Virus record (IMG/VR): IMGVR_UViG_3300042515_001753
Span: 169,887 to 233,886 of that record
Reading direction: 5' to 3' (one strand)
Length of the DNA: 64,000 nucleotides
A program made the position numbers and the translations under genes. Below are positions 44,983-53,435 of this stretch, one piece after another. A model generated the notes under the pieces. It did not search any database and had not been told where the DNA came from. It was given only the letters and a program-made list of their open reading frames with translations. How positions within the stretch are numbered: the first letter of the stretch is position 1; every line of letters starts with the position of its first letter.

Positions 44983-45951
44983 ATGGTAAACGGATTTAAC
45001 ATATCAAGAAGTTTATCACCGAATGCGGAAAGAATTGCTGGAGATGCTTCTGCTAAACTTTCTTCGTCTGCGGCACCTCTTAGATATCCACAAAAAAGTA
45101 TTGGTAAGGACGACGATTACCTAGAAATAGGTGTGATTAAGTATGTTCCTCCTGGACTTGAAACTGGAACAAATAATCTTAAGTTGCAGACAGGGACTGA
45201 AAAAAATTCAAAACAAAAAGCAGAAAAAACAATACAATTACCAATACCATCAAATATTGGAGACACAAATCAAGTCAATTGGGGTGATGATAGTTTGAAT
45301 CCTCTTGCCGCTTTTGGTGCTGAACAAGCAGGAAAAGTTCTTAATAGTGGTAACTTTGGAAAAGGTCTTGTTGATGCTGCTAGAGAAATTGGAAACACTG
45401 GACGTGAAATTGCAACCAAAGGTGGTGGGCAGGATTTAATCACAAAGTATTTTCAATCAAAACTAGTTAATGAATTGGGAGCAAATACGTCTCCAGAAGG
45501 ATTATTATCAAGAGCCAGTGGAAATGTTTTAAATCCAAATCTAGAACTATTATTCCAGGGTGTCAATTTAAGGTCTTTTGCCTTTGATTTTGATTTTGCT
45601 CCAAGAGATGAGAAAGAATCTAATGTAGTTAAAGAAATTATAAGAATCTTTAAGCAATCTATGGCACCAAAAACTGGTAGCAATACTGAAGGTGCTGGTT
45701 TATTCATTTCAGCACCAAATATTTTCCTTCTAAAATATAAGAGTGGAAGTCAAGACCATCCTTACCTAAACAAATTCAAACCCTGTGCTCTGACTAGTAT
45801 GGGTATGAATTATACGGGTTCAGGTTCATATGCTACTTATGCTGATAAAACTCCGGTTCATATGAAATTGTCTCTTAGTTTTACCGAACTGAATCCGATT
45901 TATAATGAAGATTATAATAGTAGTATTGGTCAACAAGCAGTAGGTTACTGA
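44983..45951 (+). CDS. gp48: Baseplate tail-tube cap gp48
   Basis: LRYP ... LNPNLELLFQGVNLRSF.F.FDFAPR ... LSFTEL.PI; late promoter at 44963-44978. Confidence 0.85.
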   Translation: MVNGFNISRSLSPNAERIAGDASAKLSSSAAPLRYPQKSIGKDDDYLEIGVIKYVPPGLETGTNNLKLQTGTEKNSKQKAEKTIQLPIPSNIGDTNQVNWGDDSLNPLAAFGAEQAGKVLNSGNFGKGLVDAAREIGNTGREIATKGGGQDLITKYFQSKLVNELGANTSPEGLLSRASGNVLNPNLELLFQGVNLRSFAFDFDFAPRDEKESNVVKEIIRIFKQSMAPKTGSNTEGAGLFISAPNIFLLKYKSGSQDHPYLNKFKPCALTSMGMNYTGSGSYATYADKTPVHMKLSLSFTELNPIYNEDYNSSIGQQAVGY

Positions 45952-45952
45952 T

Positions 45953-46600
45953 ATGTCTTACTTTAGAGAGCTTCCAGATTTAGAGTACCAATCACCCTTT
46001 GTGGATAGTAATTCTTCACAGAATTATGTAAGAGCAAAGAATCTATTTCGTCGTGTAAAACTTCGTGATGACTTAAAGAATGTTTTTACTCTGTTTAATA
46101 AGTATCAGATTCCGGAAGGAGCAAGACCCGATACTGTTGCCGAAGAAGTTTATGGAAAGGCAGATTATGACTGGGTTGTTATATTAACGGCAGGTATTGT
46201 ACATATCAGAGATGAATGGCCTCTTTCTAATAGGGATATCTATAGATACTCGGAACAATTATATGGAAATGACTTAAATGCAATACATCATTATGAAACT
46301 AAAGAAATCAAAGATTCTAATGGAAGACTCATACTTCCTAGTGGTAAAATTGTAGACCCAACATTTACTATTCCAGACCCTAATATTTCCATACAAACTT
46401 TAAATCCTGTTGTCGGTATTAGTAACTATGAATATGAAACTAGAAAGAATGAGGAAAAGAGGTCCATCTATCTACTAAGAACGGAATATCTACAACAATA
46501 CTTAAATGATATGAGAAGGATTATGTATTATGATAGGTCTTCTCAATATATTGATAAAAAATTAATTCGCACCGAAAACACAAGAGTCACGATGCCATAA
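45953..46600 (+). CDS. gp53: Baseplate wedge subunit gp53
   Basis: YFRELPDLEY ... RPDTVAEEVYG...DWVV ... EWP ... HHYET ... SNYEYE. Confidence 0.9.
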   Translation: MSYFRELPDLEYQSPFVDSNSSQNYVRAKNLFRRVKLRDDLKNVFTLFNKYQIPEGARPDTVAEEVYGKADYDWVVILTAGIVHIRDEWPLSNRDIYRYSEQLYGNDLNAIHHYETKEIKDSNGRLILPSGKIVDPTFTIPDPNISIQTLNPVVGISNYEYETRKNEEKRSIYLLRTEYLQQYLNDMRRIMYYDRSSQYIDKKLIRTENTRVTMP

Positions 46601-46601
46601 A

Positions 46602-46625
46602 AAAGAGGAGATTTCTCTCCTCTTT
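46602..46625. terminator. Rho-independent terminator between convergent gp53 and gp32
   Basis: AAAGAGGAG-atttct-CTCCTCTTT; followed by a U-tract on the minus strand. Confidence 0.8.
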
Positions 46626-46630
46626 ACCTA

Positions 46631-47545
46631 TTATTCCGCTAGGCGGGCAAAATATGATAAGGTTTCATCAGAATCCTCATCATCATCAACCGCAACAGAA
46701 CGAGTCGGTTTCAGGTTGCTAAGTTCGGTACGCAGGTCTTCAGTCAGAGAAGGAGCAGGACCACGATAGTCATCCTCATCCTCAACTTCAGAATCAGTAC
46801 GGGATGTTTTTCCACCTAAGGCAACTTCAAGACGCTTCTTCATTTCTTCATAGGACTTGAACTGGTCAGGAGAAACAAACTCGGAAAGAGAAAACTGCTT
46901 CTTCCAGATTGCTTCCATAGCATCATCATCATTCAACAAAGCACCCTGAGCGGCAAATTCGCTGGAATCATAGTTCCTATAACCAGCAACACTCTTTGCC
47001 TTCAGTTTGAAATTAGCACCAGTCCAGAAATCAAACGGATCGATGGCAGTTTCATCTTCAAACTCAGGTTGCATCGCTTCCGTGAGTTTGTCAAAGATTT
47101 TCTTACCATACTTGAAGAGAAAGACTTTACCCTCATTATCAGGATTAGCAGGGTCCTTGACAACATAGATATTACTCATATAAGTCAGTTTACGCTTCTG
47201 CTTACGGGCAACTTCCTTATTGGAGTCTATACCAGAGTTCCACAATTGACCGTTGTGCTCACATACGGGGCACTTCTGGTTGAGAGTAGTGAGACACGAG
47301 TCTATCAACCAACCTCCGGGTCCCTGAAAGGCGTGAGAATAGACTTTGACGAATGGTAGGTCTTCACCATCAGGAGCAGGAAGGAAGCGAATGACGGCAT
47401 AACCATTATTTGCTTTATCACATTCCAATTTCCACAGACGGTCATCAGAAGAATTACCAGAATTATTCATTTTTTCGACTTCTTTCACCAGTTTTTCGGT
47501 GAGAGAACCAAGTTTAGATTGTTTTTTTAAGTCCGAGAACGACAT
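46631..47545 (-). CDS. gp32: Single-stranded DNA-binding protein gp32
   Basis: DDRLWK ... GYAVIRFLP ... CLTTL...CPVC ... GKVFLFKYGKKIFDK ... NYDSSEF; acidic tail. Confidence 0.95.
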   Translation of the reverse strand: MSFSDLKKQSKLGSLTEKLVKEVEKMNNSGNSSDDRLWKLECDKANNGYAVIRFLPAPDGEDLPFVKVYSHAFQGPGGWLIDSCLTTLNQKCPVCEHNGQLWNSGIDSNKEVARKQKRKLTYMSNIYVVKDPANPDNEGKVFLFKYGKKIFDKLTEAMQPEFEDETAIDPFDFWTGANFKLKAKSVAGYRNYDSSEFAAQGALLNDDDAMEAIWKKQFSLSEFVSPDQFKSYEEMKKRLEVALGGKTSRTDSEVEDEDDYRGPAPSLTEDLRTELSNLKPTRSVAVDDDEDSDETLSYFARLAE

Positions 47546-47587
47546 AAGATTTTTTAGGATAGTTTGGATTTGTTGGATTACTTAGAT

Positions 47588-47616
47588 ATTATAGCAAAAA
47601 ATCACTCATTAGTCAA
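47588..47616 (-). promoter_or_regulatory. Sigma70-type promoter TTGACT-17bp-TATAAT for gp32
   Basis: ATTATA 47588-47593 and AGTCAA 47611-47616. Confidence 0.75.
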
Positions 47617-47938
47617 GATACTTTTTGAGTGATTCAATTGTTTTTGTCATACTACTGAAAAGTATATTCATATCAGTCTCTGGTGGAAATCCCATCAGAG
47701 CAACTGACCTTCTTAGATTTTCTTTCATCTCAACTGCTTGAGGGTCATCGGAAAGAGAAAGTCTTGTGTACATAATACGCTGCTTTTCAAGCAGTATTGT
47801 CATTTTATCAATATGTTCCAGTTTATCTTCACGAGGCATCATACCAAAAGTTAAAATACTATTGTATATAAACTCTTGAAGTTGATTGATTTCTTTTAGT
47901 TCATCCTGAATAATATCAGAATCAAAAAAACTACTCAT
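47609..47938 (-). CDS. Conserved T4-like cyanophage protein (DUF1825-like)
   Basis: FFDS.I.Q.EL ... LLEKQRIMYTRLSLSDDP.A..MK. Confidence 0.75.
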   Translation of the reverse strand: MSSFFDSDIIQDELKEINQLQEFIYNSILTFGMMPREDKLEHIDKMTILLEKQRIMYTRLSLSDDPQAVEMKENLRRSVALMGFPPETDMNILFSSMTKTIESLKKYLD

Positions 47939-48518
47939 TTATAATGTCCCGTAAAAGTTTTTTGTACTGGAATATATCAATATGTATAAAGGGTTTGTAT
48001 TTCTTAATTTTTAAACTTACGGTTTCCCATACTGGGTCCAGAAGTTTCTTGTCAAACTCACTAATATACGAAAATATTTTATCATAGATTACCATTATTT
48101 CGGGTGCCAATTCACTTTTTAGAAATGTTTTGAGAAGAATTGGATGACCTTTCGAGCAGTCGAATACATTCTCTAATTTTGCCTGAGAGAACAATTCTGT
48201 CGATTGCTCCTTGAATAAGTAAGTCAGACTCTGCTGCCTTTTCATCCATTCTTGGTAGGTTCTTTCTCCAGAATTGATAATTTCGCCAATCCATAAGTTA
48301 CTCGTATTGTCTGCTGCTACAAAGTTTGATACTAGAAAATTAACAATTTCTTTATCATTATATTTTCTTGAAGATTTCTCGAAGAAATATTTGTCTTTGC
48401 GTTTATTGAAGGAAGTTAGTGTTGCTCTTGTTTTTTTATATTTAAAGTAATCATATTTGGGATTAGAAAAGTGATTCTTGATTCCCAAATAAGCCTGATA
48501 AGTTTCAAAGGGTGACAT
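47931..48518 (-). CDS. gp59: Helicase loader gp59
   Basis: Y..YL.IKNHF..PKYDYFKY ... F.KRKDKYFFEK; sits between gp33 and gp32 as in T4-like phages. Confidence 0.85.
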   Translation of the reverse strand: MSPFETYQAYLGIKNHFSNPKYDYFKYKKTRATLTSFNKRKDKYFFEKSSRKYNDKEIVNFLVSNFVAADNTSNLWIGEIINSGERTYQEWMKRQQSLTYLFKEQSTELFSQAKLENVFDCSKGHPILLKTFLKSELAPEIMVIYDKIFSYISEFDKKLLDPVWETVSLKIKKYKPFIHIDIFQYKKLLRDIINE

Positions 48519-48832
48519 CAGATAGGCAGTTTTGCTTTCGAAATTCGCTTCATAAAATTCAAATTAATCGCATCATACTTCAATCTTTCTTTAAGAGGTT
48601 TGGAAACTAACTTAGTAACTGATTCAATATCAATACCATTAATTTCACAATAATGACAAATTGCATCGATATAATTGCAGTTTTCTTCGGCAACTATTTT
48701 TTCGATTTCTATAGCAAACTTAGAAGGTGTAAGAAACTTATCTTCAATTGCCTTCTCTAATTCTTTATTCGATTCGGGTGATTCCATATCTTCTATATTA
48801 ATCTCTAGAAATGTCGCTAGTATATTTGTCAT
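48518..48832 (-). CDS. gp33: Late transcription co-activator gp33
   Basis: KF..EIEKIV......YIDAI.HYCE.NGI..ESV.KL.SKPLKERLK.DA..LNF. Confidence 0.85.
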   Translation of the reverse strand: MTNILATFLEINIEDMESPESNKELEKAIEDKFLTPSKFAIEIEKIVAEENCNYIDAICHYCEINGIDIESVTKLVSKPLKERLKYDAINLNFMKRISKAKLPI

Positions 48833-48853
48833 AGTTTAGCAGTAATAATATGT

Positions 48854-48882
48854 ATTATAAGATATAATAATCAATTAGTCAA
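48854..48882 (-). promoter_or_regulatory. Sigma70-type promoter TTGACT-17bp-TATAAT for gp33
   Basis: ATTATA 48854-48859 and AGTCAA 48877-48882. Confidence 0.7.
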
Positions 48883-49556
48883 GTAGACATCAATTCGAGT
48901 TTATCATTCACAAACTTTTTGATGTATTGGACCACGAGTTTCATATACTTGTTTAGGTCTCTTTCTTCGTAAATGACACATTCTCCGTTCTCGCAGGTCA
49001 TAATGATTACTAGTTTCTTAATCCGAATACCAGTCATCTCATAGAGTGCCATTCCATAGAACATCGCCTGAACGAAATAATTCTCAATCCATTCTCTGGG
49101 TTTGGGTTTTTTAGAAGTCTTGAAGTCAATAACCGAAAGTTCTCCATCAAACTCGGCAATACAATCAGTTGTCCCTGCCACACCAAGTTGCTTACTGTAT
49201 AAGGCACCTTCTAGGCAGTAAATATTATCAATTTTATTCAGTTCAGTTTTAGCAATCTTAAAAAGAAAATCCGATATGGGTTGAACTGTTGGAAGGTCTC
49301 TATTATAAAGATAATTCTCTACCAGAGTATGTAAGTCGGTTCCACGACTTGTTGATGACTTGGTGATTCGGTCTGCTTCCTCATTACCGACTCTTTTACG
49401 CCATTTGACAAAGATTTCCTTATTAAAATGACTGGTTACTGAGGTAATGGAGACCAACTTGAGTAGTTGGTCCTCATCGGGAATAGAATAGTATCGGACC
49501 CCATCAATCGTTTCTCTTTCAAGTTGAGGAAGTACATTATCAAGATGATTAAACAT
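48879..49556 (-). CDS. PD-(D/E)xK exonuclease (RecB/Cas4-like superfamily)
   Basis: RGTDLH ... VAGTTDCIAEFDGELSVIDFKTS ... YFVQ...Y. Confidence 0.85.
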   Translation of the reverse strand: MFNHLDNVLPQLERETIDGVRYYSIPDEDQLLKLVSITSVTSHFNKEIFVKWRKRVGNEEADRITKSSTSRGTDLHTLVENYLYNRDLPTVQPISDFLFKIAKTELNKIDNIYCLEGALYSKQLGVAGTTDCIAEFDGELSVIDFKTSKKPKPREWIENYFVQAMFYGMALYEMTGIRIKKLVIIMTCENGECVIYEERDLNKYMKLVVQYIKKFVNDKLELMST

Positions 49557-50308
49557 TAAAAACCTGCTTCTAGTTTCGCAATAATATATTCTTTGACAAG
49601 TCCAGAACGAACAATATCATCGACACCAAATTCAATTATATCAAAAGATGTCATTTTACGCAAGACTGTCATAAAATCAATAATACCATTTCTCTCATTA
49701 GTTTTTTGTAAATCTGACTGAGACGCATCTCCACAAAACATAATTTTAGAGTTTTCACCAACACGAGTGATAATAGAATCAAGTTCGTGATATGACATAT
49801 TTTGGAATTCATCCACAATAATAATAGAATTATCAAGCGTGGTTCCTCTGAGGAATGAAGTACTCCAGAACTTAATGGTTTCCTGTGCCTTGAGATTGCC
49901 ATAAAGCATCTCAAATTCAGCATCAGAAGGCATCTGGAACATATACTTAACCATATTCTTATAAGGAATTTGGTAAATATCCGACTTGTCATCATAAGAA
50001 CCGGGAAGAAATCCAATCTCTCTTGTGGCAACTAAAGAACGGACAAGATAGATTTTTTCGTAAGGTGTTTTTTCATCTAAAACCTCACGAAGAGCATTAT
50101 AAAGAGTAATAAAAGTTTTACCCGTACCGGCACACCCATAGGCAACTAAATGTTTCTGTTCCGCATAAGAATCAAAAAGTTTTCTTTGATTATCTGTAAG
50201 TGGGTCAATATCTACTAGATATTCACCACTTAAGGGTTTTTTACGCTTTGTTTGACGAGTGGTAAGACCAACATCATTTTGTTGCTCTGCTCTTTTTCTT
50301 CTTGCCAT
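49556..50308 (-). CDS. phoH: PhoH-family ATPase
   Basis: GCAGTGKT ... RSLV...IGFLPG ... FLRGTT ... IVDEFQN ... GD..QSDL ... DIVRS. Confidence 0.95.
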   Translation of the reverse strand: MARRKRAEQQNDVGLTTRQTKRKKPLSGEYLVDIDPLTDNQRKLFDSYAEQKHLVAYGCAGTGKTFITLYNALREVLDEKTPYEKIYLVRSLVATREIGFLPGSYDDKSDIYQIPYKNMVKYMFQMPSDAEFEMLYGNLKAQETIKFWSTSFLRGTTLDNSIIIVDEFQNMSYHELDSIITRVGENSKIMFCGDASQSDLQKTNERNGIIDFMTVLRKMTSFDIIEFGVDDIVRSGLVKEYIIAKLEAGF

Positions 50309-50314
50309 AAGTGT

Positions 50315-50557
50315 TTATAGTTTTTTTACAGTTGAACCGGGCATTTTCTGAGCTTGTCCGAGTACATCATTCCACGAAGGATGTTTGGAGGTTAGTTTAT
50401 TTCTCCAATCCCCCACTTCACCAACATTCATTTGTGTTGGTATAAGAGGTTTCATATGAGTATTTTCTTTGAGATATGGGTCTTTGTCTGCCATAAGCAT
50501 CCATTTCTCAAAGATTTCACCTGTTTCTGTATTCTCAAATCTATAAGTTGGGCACAT
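50315..50557 (-). CDS. FmdB-like small regulatory protein
   Basis: PTYRF.N..TGE.FE pattern. Confidence 0.6.
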   Translation of the reverse strand: MCPTYRFENTETGEIFEKWMLMADKDPYLKENTHMKPLIPTQMNVGEVGDWRNKLTSKHPSWNDVLGQAQKMPGSTVKKL

Positions 50558-50581
50558 AAGGTATAATAATTTACAAAATAT

Positions 50582-51337
50582 TTAGGGAGAAAGTCGTGCT
50601 TTGTGTAGACGCTTTTCTTCATAATAACTGAAGATTTCTGGGACCCATTCTTTCATTACTGGCACCATCGATTCACATAATGCCTGAATCTCTACTTGAG
50701 CATCAAGTTTAGCACGAAGGTCCAGAAAGTGAAGTGCGGCACGGAGCGAGAACGAAACCACAAAGTTCTGGCGAATGTTTTGAGGAAGATAATCACGAAG
50801 ATGTTCCTCTGCCATACCACGAGTATCATAACCCTCTGCATACCTCTCAGATGCCGCCAGACAGAACTTTAGTTGCCTTTCGTAATCTTCCTTCGTCCAT
50901 TCGTACTTGTGCCCTTTACGGTCAAGGTAGAGACCTTCTGGACGCACATAGAAAACCTCTTCGGGTTTCAGGTCCCCAGTCGCAACCTTTAATACACGAC
51001 GACCAGTATAACGCTGAGACTGGACATCAAAGGAAACTCCAACACGGTGAGTCCTTGCCTGAACCATTACATTATGAACAAACCCAACACAGTCCAGAGA
51101 AATGGCAGGATGCTCCAGTGGACCCCAGTGTCCTCGTTCATTTGCAAGTAACTGTTCAATTACCCATTTACCACATTCTTTTTCCGCAGGAGGAAACTTG
51201 GTGTGAATAGGGTCTTCACTATAATCATTCTTACCTGCCTGCCAAACAAGAGTTTGTGGAAGTTGTGTCTGACGAATCATCACAACTTGCATATAACGGT
51301 CAAGTTCTAAAAGGTCTTTTGCTTTAATTGGTTTCAT
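50582..51337 (-). CDS. thyX: FAD-dependent thymidylate synthase
   Basis: HWGPLEH ... QARTHRVGVSFDVQSQRY (ThyX RHRxxxxxxxSxR-like motif) ... LRAALHFLDLR...AQ.EI. Confidence 0.9.
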   Translation of the reverse strand: MKPIKAKDLLELDRYMQVVMIRQTQLPQTLVWQAGKNDYSEDPIHTKFPPAEKECGKWVIEQLLANERGHWGPLEHPAISLDCVGFVHNVMVQARTHRVGVSFDVQSQRYTGRRVLKVATGDLKPEEVFYVRPEGLYLDRKGHKYEWTKEDYERQLKFCLAASERYAEGYDTRGMAEEHLRDYLPQNIRQNFVVSFSLRAALHFLDLRAKLDAQVEIQALCESMVPVMKEWVPEIFSYYEEKRLHKARLSP

Positions 51338-51498
51338 TTTCCAAATCCTTTTGATGTTTTTGCTTCTAGTTCTGCAAGTTCTTCTTTCACAACTCGCAAT
51401 TGTGATTTCATTTGCTTAAGTTCTTCATTAGAATATAGATGGTCCTGTTTAATCAATCTTTCCAACAGTTTTACAAGTTTCTTTGCTCTTAAAGACAT
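51334..51498 (-). CDS. 54-aa coiled-coil hypothetical protein
   Basis: Hand translation MSLRAKKLVKLLERLIKQDHLYSNEELKQMKSQLRVVKEELAELEAKTSKGFGK*; ATGA-coupled to thyX. Confidence 0.7.
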   Translation of the reverse strand: MSLRAKKLVKLLERLIKQDHLYSNEELKQMKSQLRVVKEELAELEAKTSKGFGK

Positions 51499-51501
51499 TA
51501 G

Positions 51502-51645
51502 TTAAAAAACCTCATCATAGTCAATTTCTTCTGGACGAATATCATCATACTTATATTGTTTAGTGTCTGGATATACTTCTGCCTTGAGTGCATCCAAGAG
51601 CAGTTCCATATTCCGAATAATTAATTTAATTTTTTCTTGGTCCAT
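51502..51645 (-). CDS. 47-aa hypothetical protein
   Basis: Hand translation MDQEKIKLIIRNMELLLDALKAEVYPDTKQYKYDDIRPEEIDYDEVF*; directly after a promoter. Confidence 0.7.
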   Translation of the reverse strand: MDQEKIKLIIRNMELLLDALKAEVYPDTKQYKYDDIRPEEIDYDEVF

Positions 51646-51666
51646 TTAGATTAATATTCTTTTTTC

Positions 51667-51704
51667 ATTATACAAAAAAAGAGAGGACTTGTCAATCCTC
51701 TCTT
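51667..51704 (-). terminator. Rho-independent terminator overlapping a TTGACA-17bp-TATAAT promoter
   Basis: Minus strand AAGAGAGGA-TTGACAAG-TCCTCTCTT-TTTTTG-TATAAT. Confidence 0.8.
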
Positions 51705-51758
51705 GAAAACCTTTTTGGGTGAATTTTTTGGGGGATTTTTTTCCGCCTTTCTAGGAAA

Positions 51759-52127
51759 TCACTTTCGCTTTTTCTTTTCGGGTGCTCTGTATCCCCACAT
51801 TCTAGGAGATATTCTACCATAACCCCAATCAATTTTTTTTACTGCACCGGAACCAAACTTATCATAGTACATATCAAAGATTTTAACTCTTGTTCCACGA
51901 CACAAATCCATATAAGAATTTTCGTTTACTGTATACCATACAATATATGCATCATTAGGAAAGGATGGGTCTTTAATCTGAGAAACAGTTCCATTCTCAA
52001 TTAGAATCTCACATCCATAACGAGGAGGAATATCTTTTTTTTCTTCTGGAGTCCATTCCACAGTAGTCTTATCCTCGATTGTATTGCTTTCTACATTACG
52101 AACTCGACTCACGAACGACCTCCCCAT
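51759..52127 (-). CDS. Conserved hypothetical protein
   Basis: 122-aa ORF ending in a basic tail; coupled to the upstream gene. Confidence 0.65.
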   Translation of the reverse strand: MGRSFVSRVRNVESNTIEDKTTVEWTPEEKKDIPPRYGCEILIENGTVSQIKDPSFPNDAYIVWYTVNENSYMDLCRGTRVKIFDMYYDKFGSGAVKKIDWGYGRISPRMWGYRAPEKKKRK

Positions 52128-52690
52128 GAAATTTCGGGATAGGCTTGGGCAACAATTTCTTTCGTGATTTTATATTTAGTCTCAAGTTTCTTATCTTTGA
52201 CCAAACATAAAATCTCTGCCTCTAAAGGATGAAGACCCTGAAGAATATTAATGAACATCGTTTCTCTACGAAGAGAAGTCAGACTATCATTTCCACCTTT
52301 AATAAAGTTATAGAACTTTGTATATTCTTTGCGGATTGAGGAAAAACCTTGGTCTTGTGAACCGAGTGAATTAGAACCAATTTCACTCATTTTTCCCACG
52401 GCATCATCAATCTTCTCACTCAAAGTTCCACTAAATGAACCCTGTTCCCCAACACTTGAATAGGGAACAATACCTTCTGGAAGACAAGAAAATACACTCT
52501 CATCAAAGTTCCAGATAAAAATTGCCCTGAGTGATGGGTCATTATATTTTTGTAGAACCTCAACTTTTTTAATATTGGTTCTTTGCTTTGACACTAAATT
52601 CAGAACCTCAAAGATAAAAGGATTTGCTGGCAAATCAATACTTACCGATGGGGTTGTTTTTGTTTTTGGTTTTGCTTTTGTCGCAGTCAT
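52109..52690 (-). CDS. Conserved T4-like phage hypothetical protein
   Basis: LRAIFIWNFD...LPEG.VPY ... RRETMFINILQGLHPLEAEIL; CTAAATA late promoter at 52723-52729. Confidence 0.75.
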   Translation of the reverse strand: MTATKAKPKTKTTPSVSIDLPANPFIFEVLNLVSKQRTNIKKVEVLQKYNDPSLRAIFIWNFDESVFSCLPEGIVPYSSVGEQGSFSGTLSEKIDDAVGKMSEIGSNSLGSQDQGFSSIRKEYTKFYNFIKGGNDSLTSLRRETMFINILQGLHPLEAEILCLVKDKKLETKYKITKEIVAQAYPEISWGGRS

Positions 52691-52732
52691 AATTGTTTAA
52701 TATGTAATCACAATTGTAATGGTATTTAGAGA

Positions 52733-52978
52733 TTATTCTTCATCATCTTCGAGATCTTCATCTCCATCATCAAAGTATCCTGGCTCAAATCTTACCGAAA
52801 CAATTTCTTCGTCAATAAGATCGCCGTCCTTATTATAAAACTCTGGATGATAGGCAATTTGCTTTGGTCCTTCCTGATGTGTCATCATATATTCTCTACC
52901 GACCCAACCTAATAATAGACCCATTATAAAAAATAGTACGGTTAAGAATGAACCTATAACTAAACTAGTTGCCAACAT
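52733..52978 (-). CDS. Small membrane protein
   Basis: N-terminal transmembrane helix followed by an acidic tail. Confidence 0.7.
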   Translation of the reverse strand: MLATSLVIGSFLTVLFFIMGLLLGWVGREYMMTHQEGPKQIAYHPEFYNKDGDLIDEEIVSVRFEPGYFDDGDEDLEDDEE

Positions 52979-52996
52979 TTTTGTTCTCCTAGGAAA

Positions 52997-53173
52997 CTAC
53001 TCGACTTTCCTTGACTTTATCGAAAATTCAAGATAGATGGTTACTTCTCGTTTGAAAAAGAAAATCATCTTCTCAAATATAAGATGAAAAAGTTTAGGTT
53101 GTTTTCTTTTTCCTCCAGTAAGTATAAGTTCTACACCACGATTCGGTGTTATATCATTATTTATGTCTGGCAT
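52997..53173 (-). CDS. Small hypothetical protein
   Basis: Start MPDINN at 53173 overlaps the glutaredoxin stop; the track extends it to 53218. Confidence 0.55.
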   Translation of the reverse strand: MPDINNDITPNRGVELILTGGKRKQPKLFHLIFEKMIFFFKREVTIYLEFSIKSRKVE

Positions 53174-53409
53174 TATATCATTTGCTGTTCCTTGAGAAAC
53201 TTGACGGTATCGGTACAACCACCCAATCTCTTATCGTCACAGAGAACCTGTGGAAATGTGGAACCTTCTCCAAACTCACTATAGAACTCTTCTTTAGTAA
53301 AGTCCTCTCCCAAATTATACACCACAAAGTTATTATTTGTCAACTCCAAAACAGTTTTAATCTTGTGGCAATATGGACAATCGTCCTTTGAATATACGGC
53401 AAAGTTCAT
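53173..53409 (-). CDS. grx: Glutaredoxin
   Basis: CPYC active site; TFPQV ... GGCTD. Confidence 0.92.
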   Translation of the reverse strand: MNFAVYSKDDCPYCHKIKTVLELTNNNFVVYNLGEDFTKEEFYSEFGEGSTFPQVLCDDKRLGGCTDTVKFLKEQQMI

Positions 53410-53435
53410 TTTATTTTCTCCTTTGTTGAATATGT

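Noticed and set aside
48879-49556. Cas4-like nuclease as evidence of a CRISPR system
   Set aside because: This is a routine PD-(D/E)xK exonuclease in the T4-like core block, with no array or other cas genes.
51710-51750. Run of T/G homopolymers (TTTTTGGG...TTTTTTGGGGGATTTTTTTCC) as a possible origin or G-quadruplex
   Set aside because: It has too few G tracts and no supporting repeat structure; no function can be assigned from sequence alone.
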